Positions 20,901 through 28,331 of a stretch of DNA of 64,000 nt are shown in pieces; position 1 is the first letter of the stretch, and each line of letters begins with the position of its first letter. The stretch covers positions 150,978 to 214,977 of the forward strand of contig JAMPAP010000002.1 of assembly GCA_023667185.1 (NCBI GenBank), read 5' to 3'. The stretch is from Lachnoclostridium sp. Its GTDB lineage: Bacteria; Bacteroidota; Bacteroidia; Bacteroidales; Muribaculaceae. A model generated the notes under the pieces. That model searched no databases. It was not told the DNA's origin and saw only the letters and a list, made by a program, of their open reading frames with translations. The position numbers were made by a program, and so were the translations under genes.

Positions 20901-21086
20901 GCTTACAAGGGTTTCTTTAAACTAGATGACTCTCCATCAAAGACATCGTATCTACAACAGTTTACCCATGAGCAGCAGGAGGCATGCAAGTATTACATCA
21001 AGTATTATAATAAGAATAATAAGAATGACACGATACGCGACTTCAGCTATGCAAAAAAACGGGCTAAAGCAATGGGTATTTTATAA
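17973..21086 (+). CDS. Large single-pass membrane protein (about 735-aa beta-rich cytoplasmic part, TM, about 280-aa periplasmic helical part); no recognised family
   Basis: The TM segment LGLGLIGLLVVLVIGGWIAW has basic residues on its N-side. The pre-TM module, TM and C-terminal domain are paralogous to the next gene. Confidence 0.7.
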   Translation: MIQDIGLVIWGCKGGCRTFCNNRVINVEEPVIRQTLKDVRSSIYFKRSGLDYYAVEFTQRYKVYTHYRSSNDSGGGAFIAITIYVPHNLMIKNVRSILDEMIVLYFKEYMNPMSYTPLPGKYDDINMFLRILDEHQNDIVTDRRGYAYHPSEQDDRPQIIKYNDVTEIDKYFENPYHKEFFACQEVMFLRSEYYDRPQEFDIDFVQRLQLIDKVSESVRMNRLLPFDKPGKKLSRLIINGDDFTNDKDGASLDKKDLVSFTIESADDRYEPMKADNITVEDMLRRRLIRKKGDDYEWDDIILDKRTYELKVSASPESSVRMRDFAAHLQLVIGKGKYHATVMADGTARFLLRGPEVDQECTLVFGYDEKTDLPIQKVVPAQHLDNGLTVAADEHQLKVKLEGFDGDSPLVEAEVKLAGDTVYTPIEDNKIYTPVINGEHATVGIRARDCNVKFNGDAWVVTPTVVRVKVFIPKEISGLLKRIGAKVSFNGKTYGINDSGKVSLPYGWEENGEMPEIQLTDESGVVRQPMNYEGGYLRFTGCVISNKTREAVKLSINGEEKTFKARTEFFHYNVDGKYNIDFANPLDKDLMKISSSQKDGFTYYVVEPKDRDIVVIPGGDSHSGNSKSKDKNDSKADKKLPFGGKGRILFHACKGYFTFEGEDRIKFDKTIEITVKQQVYKIFDPGNREVGSINVSNPCDYTTGQFDVKYKEENGLKIWEVTYRKTFIDKFIDFVTSKLGLGLIGLLVVLVIGGWIAWPHLFGAKEYTATITFTTDDPIASITVVKPENGITITPSESTITIRRSKDDKNQFAGTALLKFSYKDEGDTEKMLKDLPDVDMKSLRAVLSENHEKDASTAFTAAAPQSPAHVEYLDITSVTPLDSAKVANFQTQYQGSNYEKKLTESYGKQVAAEEEEKAKRNAEEASHQSLVDKYNKLLEKLNSMDVMASDVAVIEAFETVHRKDLAREIAANRAKVKAYKGFFKLDDSPSKTSYLQQFTHEQQEACKYYIKYYNKNNKNDTIRDFSYAKKRAKAMGIL
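20757..21086 (+). repeat. Direct DNA repeat, copy 1 (3' end of the 1037-aa gene)
   Basis: Collinear, gap-free similarity to 21656..21985 at a constant offset of 899 nt. Example: ctgaatagtatggatgttatggcttcagatgtcgcagtaattgaggctttcg versus ctgaatagaatggatgttatggcaacagatgtcgcagcaattgaggctttcg. Confidence 0.85.
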
Positions 21087-21094
21087 TTTCAGAA

Positions 21095-21985
21095 ATGATG
21101 TACGATTCGAATGATACATTGCGGGCATCGGGTGGGGGAGTGGCTCCCATCCGCCCCGACACACCCTCTCCGTCAACGCCTCTTGACGGACGCAGTCGCG
21201 TGACGTTTGTAAATTGTAAAGGCTTTTATACCTATTTTGTTCGCCCCGGTGAAACTGCTTTGAAGCTCAACGAGATCACTGAGAACTCGTGGACCGTCAC
21301 TCTTCGACAGCCTACCATCTCTCTCTACGATGCCGCCGGGAAAGAAATATGCAAATTTGACCCGGCAACCACCCGGAAGATTGGCTATTTCACCCTTGAG
21401 CAGTCGGGAGAATACGACTGGACTGTAGAAAATACTGAGACACTATTTGATGAAATCAAAGACAAAGTCGTAGCATGGGTAGGCAAAAATCCGCTCCTGA
21501 TACCTGCAGCAATCCTTATCTTCCTGATCGGTTTGGCTATTGGATTCACTTCTAATAAAGAGACGGTCAAAACAGAATATGTAACAGAGAAAATCGTAGT
21601 TCACGATACGATCTATATAGAACAGGATGAGCCAGCGAGAAAAGTTGATATAAGACTCGTTGATGAGTATAACAGGCTCCTTGCAAGACTGAATAGAATG
21701 GATGTTATGGCAACAGATGTCGCAGCAATTGAGGCTTTCGCAGCTGAACCCAGTAAGGAGCTTGCAAAGGTAATTGCAGAAAATCGCGCCAAAGTCAACG
21801 CCTACAAAAAATTCTTCGATCAAGAGGATGCTCCAACTTCCGATGAAGCAAAGAAATATTTTACAAAGGAGCAGCAAAATGCATATAAATATTACAATCA
21901 ATATTATAATTTGCATAAGAAGAATGACCCGAAACGCGACTTCAACTATGCTAAAAGGAAACTTGAAGAAATGGGATTATACTAA
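21095..21985 (+). CDS. Single-pass membrane protein; short paralog of the C-terminal third of 17973..21086
   Basis: Shared motifs are FVNCKGFYTYF / FHACKGYFTFE, MDVMATDVAAIEAF / MDVMASDVAVIEAF and AENRAKVNAYKKFF / AANRAKVKAYKGFF. The C-terminal KNDxxRDFxYAK...MG is also shared. TM segment: LLIPAAILIFLIGLAIGF. Confidence 0.7.
   Translation: MMYDSNDTLRASGGGVAPIRPDTPSPSTPLDGRSRVTFVNCKGFYTYFVRPGETALKLNEITENSWTVTLRQPTISLYDAAGKEICKFDPATTRKIGYFTLEQSGEYDWTVENTETLFDEIKDKVVAWVGKNPLLIPAAILIFLIGLAIGFTSNKETVKTEYVTEKIVVHDTIYIEQDEPARKVDIRLVDEYNRLLARLNRMDVMATDVAAIEAFAAEPSKELAKVIAENRAKVNAYKKFFDQEDAPTSDEAKKYFTKEQQNAYKYYNQYYNLHKKNDPKRDFNYAKRKLEEMGLY
21656..21985 (+). repeat. Direct DNA repeat, copy 2 (3' end of the 296-aa gene)
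   Basis: See 20757..21086. Confidence 0.85.
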
Positions 21986-21991
21986 AAACTA

Positions 21992-22798
21992 ATGAAAATG
22001 AAAACGATAATAAAATTGATGCTGGTTTGTCTGATTCTTACAGCTTGCGGTGAGTCGCGAAGCTCGGATTCAGGGAAAAACAATAAAAGAACCAGCTCGT
22101 CAGAGAAGGTGATCGTGCAAAATATCGAGAACCTTAAGGAAAATAAATGGAACAAGAAGGCTTATACGGAGATTCTTGAAAATCAGATTAAGTCGTCGAG
22201 CCGACTTAGAAATGCCCAGCGTGAGGGCTTGACCCACAAGCTTGAGGTGGTTTATTCCGGCGTGCTGGTCCGCGATGCCAACGACATCATGGACAATAGC
22301 TGTGGCGCAAACCATAAGCTGCTTGACCAGATTGTCGCCGAGCTCAAAGACCATAAGAAGGATAATGGCGCGGAAGCCGTTTTCAGCCGATATAATGAGC
22401 ATCAGGCTGAAATGGCATTTGTCAGCTCCATCTACGGAAAGCAGCGTCTCACCAACTGGAATACCGCTTACGATGAGTCGTTTGAAGCCACTAAGCGCAC
22501 AGAAGTGGCTGCGCATCGTGCCAAGAGTCCCGTCTGCTCTTACTTGAAGAGCCGTCTTGAGGACAACTCCGTCAATGCCGCTTATGCCCAGCGCCGTATC
22601 GCATACGCCAATGCCGTTGTCGACCTCTACTGCAAGAAACCGGATTATAAAGAGGTAGAAGAGAAGCAGGCAAAAAGCCGTATAAATTTTGCTCTCAATA
22701 AGTTTGTATCGGCTTCCGATAAGGCCAAAACACTCGACAAACTTAATGAGAAGTTTGAAGAGTTCCGCGAAGAAAAAGAGCCGAAAGAGTCCATTTAA
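21992..22798 (+). CDS. Lipoprotein, helical, no recognised family
   Basis: Signal plus lipobox MLVCLILTACGES. Confidence 0.65.
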   Translation: MKMKTIIKLMLVCLILTACGESRSSDSGKNNKRTSSSEKVIVQNIENLKENKWNKKAYTEILENQIKSSSRLRNAQREGLTHKLEVVYSGVLVRDANDIMDNSCGANHKLLDQIVAELKDHKKDNGAEAVFSRYNEHQAEMAFVSSIYGKQRLTNWNTAYDESFEATKRTEVAAHRAKSPVCSYLKSRLEDNSVNAAYAQRRIAYANAVVDLYCKKPDYKEVEEKQAKSRINFALNKFVSASDKAKTLDKLNEKFEEFREEKEPKESI

Positions 22799-22801
22799 AA
22801 G

Positions 22802-24010
22802 ATGATGAAACAGAAGATTAAGATAATCCTCATGGCGGTCAGTGCTCTGTGCATGGCTTCCGGGACTTCAGCCCAGAAGTCAGCAGCAAAGGCCATCGGC
22901 TACTACCGCTATGACCCTGCTAAGGTAAGCGAGCTTGCCGATCAAGCCGTCGACACGCTGAAAGCAGACGCGCTTCAGAAGGAAGCGTATAAAGTTGCTG
23001 TGACCGACGCGTTTAGCGCCCTGGTGAAGCGCTCAGACAAGAAAGTGAAGGAAAGCGAAATCCTTGATCAGCGCCAGCTTCTTGCCAACGCTGATACGAC
23101 AATTAAGAGCCTTAACGAGCGGCTCAAACTGGTTAAGGACTCGTTGGCTCTGCCGCTTGACAGTGTTTCACAGACTGAAGTCCCCACAGCCGAACAGAAT
23201 CTCATCAAAGAGATTGAAACCCTGAAAGTAGAATTAACTAACGCCAATGCTGATACCCTTGAATATAAGGAAGAGTTAGCGCGAGCCATGGCTCTCTATA
23301 ATGAGAAAGATAGCATCTTCAAATCCAAAGAGGATGAGGCTAATGCCATGAAATCTCAACTCAATGCAATGCTTAACGATTCGGTTGTAGCGAGTGTAAG
23401 TGCTGCAGAAGATGTATTGGCAAAACTTCACGAAGCCGCCGTAGCAAGTGAAGGGCCTCTGGCTAATGTTGATACAGATTCACTTGGCAATTCCTTGAAT
23501 GTGTATAGAGCCAACCGACTCAAATACGAAGGCGTATACCCTGCCGACCGACTTAAAGCAGCTGATGCTGACGCTGAAATCGTAAGTCAGGCGATTGATC
23601 TTGCCGGCCCGATAAAAAAAACCGTGGAAATCATGAAAGGCCGATATAACAAGGCTGATAACGACAAAGCTCATTCGGCAATTGCTGCATTAGTTGCCAA
23701 AGCGGGCGATCACAAGGCAGAGGTAAATGAGATTGCCGATGCTCTCGGAGAACGAGATCGTGCATACCGAAACGTTACCTACCTGTTGAATCAAATTGAC
23801 GAAATGGGCGAAAGTGGTTTCGAGTCCGATTTTGATATCGATTATACAATAACCAAAATAGTTGAGCTTTACTCTGATTCCGGCCGTTACAGTGAGTATT
23901 ACGTCAGGTTTAACGACGCCTTGAAAACCCTGAGTATGAAAATCAAAGGTAAAAAGCTCAGTGGAGATAAGATAAAGAAAATTACTAAAGAAATTAGAGA
24001 AACAATATGA
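22802..24010 (+). CDS. Secreted coiled-coil protein (402 aa)
   Basis: Signal peptide ILMAVSALCMASGTSAQ. A long heptad-like E/K/L/A-rich region follows. Confidence 0.65.
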   Translation: MMKQKIKIILMAVSALCMASGTSAQKSAAKAIGYYRYDPAKVSELADQAVDTLKADALQKEAYKVAVTDAFSALVKRSDKKVKESEILDQRQLLANADTTIKSLNERLKLVKDSLALPLDSVSQTEVPTAEQNLIKEIETLKVELTNANADTLEYKEELARAMALYNEKDSIFKSKEDEANAMKSQLNAMLNDSVVASVSAAEDVLAKLHEAAVASEGPLANVDTDSLGNSLNVYRANRLKYEGVYPADRLKAADADAEIVSQAIDLAGPIKKTVEIMKGRYNKADNDKAHSAIAALVAKAGDHKAEVNEIADALGERDRAYRNVTYLLNQIDEMGESGFESDFDIDYTITKIVELYSDSGRYSEYYVRFNDALKTLSMKIKGKKLSGDKIKKITKEIRETI

Positions 24011-25215
24011 TACGCAAGTTATTGATAATGCTGTTGGCCGCTATGCCCGCCGTTATGGCCTTGGCTGACGCTGCAGATGATGTGACTCTGTTCACCCTTA
24101 CCAACGATACACGGAACGTCGTTGTCAAGGATGCGACGCTGGAGGACTCTGTCGCCGGTCAGGTAGTCGACAAGGTGATAAAGAGATTCCTTGAAGAGCC
24201 ATGGGCTGTATCAGAGTATAACACAGCCTCACTGGATGAATACAAAACCTTGACAAAGACCGCCAACGATAGCATCAGGAAGCTGAAAGACCAACTAAAA
24301 AAAGAAGAAAAAGCTCTGAAGGCTCTGAATAATTCACTAGAAAAGGCTAAAGAGGAAGCCTCTAAAAAGGAAAAGAACCGCATTGATAGCCTGACAACGG
24401 TCAGAAACAAAGTCAAGGCTCAGCTTGATTCTATAAACAAGCAAAACAATAAACTTGAATCCTTGACAATAGTATATCGCAATAAGGTCGCTCATCTCGA
24501 CTCCCTAACCAATGCTCTAAATTCGCAGATTGACGAAATGGACACCGAACTCTCGCGCGGCTCTGCCATCAAGAAAGACTTTGATGACAAGAAAAATGAA
24601 GCCGCCAACGTTGTGAACTCCATCCGCAAAAATCTTGATACGATGCGCGCTACCGATCTGACGAAAGTTGACAAGAAGCCTATTGAGCAGTCAAAAAAGC
24701 TCCTTGCCGACAACAGCTTGCTTATACAAAACTATAACCCTGTCCTACTCCAGGAAGCCAAGAAGTATATCCGAGACATGGAGCAGATCCTCGAGGTCAA
24801 GAATGCTTGTGACGAATCACTCCTCCTCATGAGCCAGAAGTATGCCCCTGCAGCTGTAAATGCCCAAATCAGCAAACTTCAGGCAATACGCAGAGATGCC
24901 GATATGCTCTCATCCGCTCAGGAAAATTATGTGGTAGTTGTCCTTAATCTCCTTAAAGTGGAAGGTGAAACAGTCAATAAATTCAAAGAAACAGTCGAGG
25001 GGCTGAAAAAGCATATTGCGCTTGATGGGACCCCGGGTCAAGAGAATACGATAAAAAAAGAGCTTAATGGAGTGGTTATTAATCCTGAATACACTTATTA
25101 TATACAGATGCGCAAGAAAATCCTGGATGATTTCTTTGTGAATAAAACCAAAGGAGATCTCCTTGATTTCGAGCGATATGATGATTATTTAAATAAAACT
25201 CTAAACGATCTATAA
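24007..25215 (+). CDS. Secreted coiled-coil protein (402 aa), same length as the preceding gene
   Basis: Signal peptide LLIMLLAAMPAVMALADA. It is K/E/L/N-rich with coiled-coil character, and an ATGA start/stop overlap links it to the upstream gene. Confidence 0.65.
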   Translation: MIRKLLIMLLAAMPAVMALADAADDVTLFTLTNDTRNVVVKDATLEDSVAGQVVDKVIKRFLEEPWAVSEYNTASLDEYKTLTKTANDSIRKLKDQLKKEEKALKALNNSLEKAKEEASKKEKNRIDSLTTVRNKVKAQLDSINKQNNKLESLTIVYRNKVAHLDSLTNALNSQIDEMDTELSRGSAIKKDFDDKKNEAANVVNSIRKNLDTMRATDLTKVDKKPIEQSKKLLADNSLLIQNYNPVLLQEAKKYIRDMEQILEVKNACDESLLLMSQKYAPAAVNAQISKLQAIRRDADMLSSAQENYVVVVLNLLKVEGETVNKFKETVEGLKKHIALDGTPGQENTIKKELNGVVINPEYTYYIQMRKKILDDFFVNKTKGDLLDFERYDDYLNKTLNDL

Positions 25216-25216
25216 C

Positions 25217-26443
25217 ATGAGATTACTATCAGAAGAGTCGTTCAGCCGCATTGAGCCGCTGATTGCCGATGATTATAAACGCACCCGCAGCCGCCTGGCG
25301 CTGTTGTTGTCCCCGCAAGACTGCGAAGTGTTTGCCCAGGTGGACCTGCTGCCCAACCGCGGCAAGTGGGTAGCCGATGTCCCCGGCCAGCTGATGCCCT
25401 ATTCCGAGGCTTCGGCCGCCGAGCGCGAGCAGATCGCAGCCTATCTCGAGGATAAGAAGCGCGCCATAGCCGCTGCCATCGGCGACAAGGTCCCCTACGT
25501 CAACGACCTTTTCCGTATCCCTGATGAAAACCAGATCTTCTGGTTCAAGGACAGCACCGGCAATGTCCGCGTAGTGCTGTCGCAGTGGGGATTCCGCCGC
25601 ATCAATGCTCCCGGCGACGTCGACGTGATAGAATTTCTCATCTCCCAGCCCCGCACAATGTCAATATGCGAGGTTGTGGCCAAGGGCGTATACTCTGACG
25701 GACAGCCTTACGCCTGCCAGCCCATCACGCTCTCGATTTTCGGCAATACATCTGAGGTAAAAACCGCTACTGATGGTACTTACTTCATAGGCAAAGTGCC
25801 CATGAACAAGGAATTCTCAATCACGGCCGATGGACAGATATACGACTTCGTGACAAGTGCTGACCGCGAAAGCTACGACTTCATTGTCAATCGCTACACC
25901 GGGTGGAGTGTCCGCGTCGTTGGTCAGAAAGGTGAGTCTGTAGCCAACTATCCGGTGAAGATCAACGGCCGCGACTGCATGACCGATGCTGACGGCATCA
26001 TCGCTGCCGATAATGTCATGATGACCGGCGATGACCGCCTGCAGGTAGAAGCTGAATATGGCGAACCGATGGAATACACCCTCTCTCCAGTCAGAGAAAA
26101 CAACGACTTCGAATACCGCGTTACTCTCCCTGTAAAAGAGGAAGTGAAGCCCCCGCTGCCCCCTGTGCCCCCCGAACCGCCGGTTAAGAAACCCGTCAGA
26201 GTGCATCTGCTCGACCTTGACGGCTCGCCCCTTGACTTCGTTGATGTATTCATTGACCAGCCCAACGGCACCACTGTCACCGCCACAACCGATGCCGACG
26301 GCTGGGCCACCTTCCCACGCGACACCTTTGTTGACAAGAAGAAGTCAAAGCTCCGCTTCAAGCTCACCAAGGAGTATCAGGAGCGTCGCCGCCAGATGAA
26401 AGAACAGCAAAAACAGCAACAAACTTCACAGAATCATGGCTAA
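25217..26443 (+). CDS. Cytoplasmic protein: N-domain shared with the S8 protease, CarboxypepD_reg-like beta-sandwich repeats, Pro-rich stretch, basic tail
   Basis: SAAEREQIAAYLEDKKRAIAAAI...VRVVLSQWGF resembles SGAEREKYERILDKTMRSIARSV...RVVITEWGM in 12841..15438. Repeats of the type TDADG.. occur. Pro-rich stretch: PPLPPVPPEPP. Confidence 0.65.
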   Translation: MRLLSEESFSRIEPLIADDYKRTRSRLALLLSPQDCEVFAQVDLLPNRGKWVADVPGQLMPYSEASAAEREQIAAYLEDKKRAIAAAIGDKVPYVNDLFRIPDENQIFWFKDSTGNVRVVLSQWGFRRINAPGDVDVIEFLISQPRTMSICEVVAKGVYSDGQPYACQPITLSIFGNTSEVKTATDGTYFIGKVPMNKEFSITADGQIYDFVTSADRESYDFIVNRYTGWSVRVVGQKGESVANYPVKINGRDCMTDADGIIAADNVMMTGDDRLQVEAEYGEPMEYTLSPVRENNDFEYRVTLPVKEEVKPPLPPVPPEPPVKKPVRVHLLDLDGSPLDFVDVFIDQPNGTTVTATTDADGWATFPRDTFVDKKKSKLRFKLTKEYQERRRQMKEQQKQQQTSQNHG

Positions 26444-28325
26444 ATCTCAGGATATCAACTATCAGAAAAAATTCAAGTTTGACCCCCGGCAGGACGAATA
26501 CGAATTCCAGCTCAAGAAGAAACGTAACTGGTGGTGGCTGCTGTTGCTGCTGTTACCCCTTCTGCTGCTGATCCGCTGCGAGCGCGACATGACCATAACC
26601 GTGGTCGACGATGATACCGACGAGCCTATCGAAGGAGCCCAGCTCAACTTAAGGTACACTTCCCATTATCTGCTCAAAGACTGGAAATTCCTCCTCAACG
26701 AGCCGGTGGCGCGCGAGGCTATTACTGATGTCGACGGAGAAGCACGTTTCGAGAAGCTCCCCTGCAGCGTCTACTCCTACATATTCTATTGCCTGAGCCG
26801 CGCTGCTGTCACGGCCTCCGACCCTTGCCATGAACCGGCCTCGATAATGCCGCTGGTTCACTACACATGGAATGCCGAAATCCGCCTCAAAAAGCTCCTC
26901 ACTGACGTCACCGTCACGGTGGTCGATGATGAGACCTCTGATCCAATCCCGGGGGCTGTGGTCACAGTAACCACCGGCGAAGTCACTGATTCCGTAACCA
27001 CAGATGCCGCCGGGCGTGTCAAGCTCGAAAAAGTGCCTCACTGTGGTATTATCGATGTGCTGAAAGGCTCGGCCTTCGGCTACGCTGATACCTTGCGGCG
27101 CAACCTGCCCGTGGCGCTGCTCGAAGACCCTGACAGCGCTTATCTGCGACTCCGTCCCGTCAAGGAGCGCTTCACATTCTTCGTCAAAGATGTGGAGACT
27201 CGCGAGCCGATCCCCGGTGCAACAGCTGTGGTGACCCTCGACGACCCCCGATCCGGCTATCGCGGCACTCATGAATACAAGACCAACGTCGATGGCCGCG
27301 GCATGGGATTCTACGACGAAGGGTTTATCCTCTCGCGCCTCAGCATAAAGGCCTCAAAAGTGCATTACAACGATTCCACCCTGAAGGGTGACTACACTAT
27401 CGGTGAATTTATAAAACTGCCTGACTCGCTTCGCACCGTATGGCTGCGCCCGATGCCATTTAACACTGAATTCCAGTGTATCGACTCCCTCTCGCGCAAG
27501 CCCATACCGGGAGTGGAAAATGTGATCACTGTCACTGACCCTGCCGGAAATACCGAGACCTATACCGAGATATCCAACCGCAATGGCAAATTCCCCGTCC
27601 ATGCCAAGGAAGGCTCCAAGATACATATCGACTCGCGTCTCCCCGGCGAGTACAAGGACAAGGCTACTGACATCCCCTCCTACGACGGAAAAGAGGAGAT
27701 CATCGAAATGATGCCTGACGTCACTCCGCTTGACGTAGACATGGTGATGGTGATTGACAACACCGGCTCAATGTCAGGAACCATAGGTATGGTAAAGCGC
27801 AATGCCTCGAATTTCTATTCTGACCTCAACGAGGAATGTGTGAAACATAAACTGTATATCAACAAGTTCCGCCTGAAGGTGATCTCGTACGGCGACCTGT
27901 CAGAAAAGCCGTTCAATGTATCACCGCTATATGAATTACCTGACCAGACTGCTGCTTACAAAGCATTCGTAAGCTCAATTATAGCCGCCGGAGGTGGCGA
28001 TGAGCCTGAGGATGGATTGCAGGCCGTGCGCGACGCCATGTCGACATCCTGGGTAAGCGGGCCGCAGCTCAAGCGCCATGTGATCGTCGTGTACACTGAT
28101 GCTCCGACCCATAGTATGTCATCCGGCGACTTCGACGCCATTAAATCCAAATGGATGTCAATGGATCCCGATTCGCGGCGCATGATCCTCTTTGCCCCGG
28201 CTAAAGATTCATGGAACACGCTGGCCACCTGGCCTCAGGTAAGTCACGAGACCGGTTCGCTCTCGTCAGTGCTCGCCGGAACCGGTTACGCCAACGTCCT
28301 CGAAAATATCTGTAAATCACTCTAA
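26436..28325 (+). CDS. N-terminally anchored periplasmic protein: four CarboxypepD_reg-like repeats plus a C-terminal von Willebrand factor A (vWA) domain
   Basis: TM segment KKKRNWWWLLLLLLPLLLLIRC. Repeats are ITVVDDDTDEPIEGAQ, VTVVDDETSDPIPGAV, FFVKDVETREPIPGAT and FQCIDSLSRKPIPGVE. The MIDAS-like motif is VMVIDNTGSMSG (about 27750), followed later by GGGDEPEDG and VVYTDAP. Confidence 0.8.
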   Translation: MAKSQDINYQKKFKFDPRQDEYEFQLKKKRNWWWLLLLLLPLLLLIRCERDMTITVVDDDTDEPIEGAQLNLRYTSHYLLKDWKFLLNEPVAREAITDVDGEARFEKLPCSVYSYIFYCLSRAAVTASDPCHEPASIMPLVHYTWNAEIRLKKLLTDVTVTVVDDETSDPIPGAVVTVTTGEVTDSVTTDAAGRVKLEKVPHCGIIDVLKGSAFGYADTLRRNLPVALLEDPDSAYLRLRPVKERFTFFVKDVETREPIPGATAVVTLDDPRSGYRGTHEYKTNVDGRGMGFYDEGFILSRLSIKASKVHYNDSTLKGDYTIGEFIKLPDSLRTVWLRPMPFNTEFQCIDSLSRKPIPGVENVITVTDPAGNTETYTEISNRNGKFPVHAKEGSKIHIDSRLPGEYKDKATDIPSYDGKEEIIEMMPDVTPLDVDMVMVIDNTGSMSGTIGMVKRNASNFYSDLNEECVKHKLYINKFRLKVISYGDLSEKPFNVSPLYELPDQTAAYKAFVSSIIAAGGGDEPEDGLQAVRDAMSTSWVSGPQLKRHVIVVYTDAPTHSMSSGDFDAIKSKWMSMDPDSRRMILFAPAKDSWNTLATWPQVSHETGSLSSVLAGTGYANVLENICKSL

Positions 28326-28331
28326 ATCGAT

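Noticed and set aside
25217-28325. The 408-aa and 629-aa ORFs might be one gene broken by a frameshift, since together they mimic the S8 protein's architecture.
   Set aside because: The junction is a clean ATGGCTAA start/stop overlap with a proper ATG, typical of coupled genes. Each product has a complete domain set. I report this as a split architecture rather than a pseudogene.
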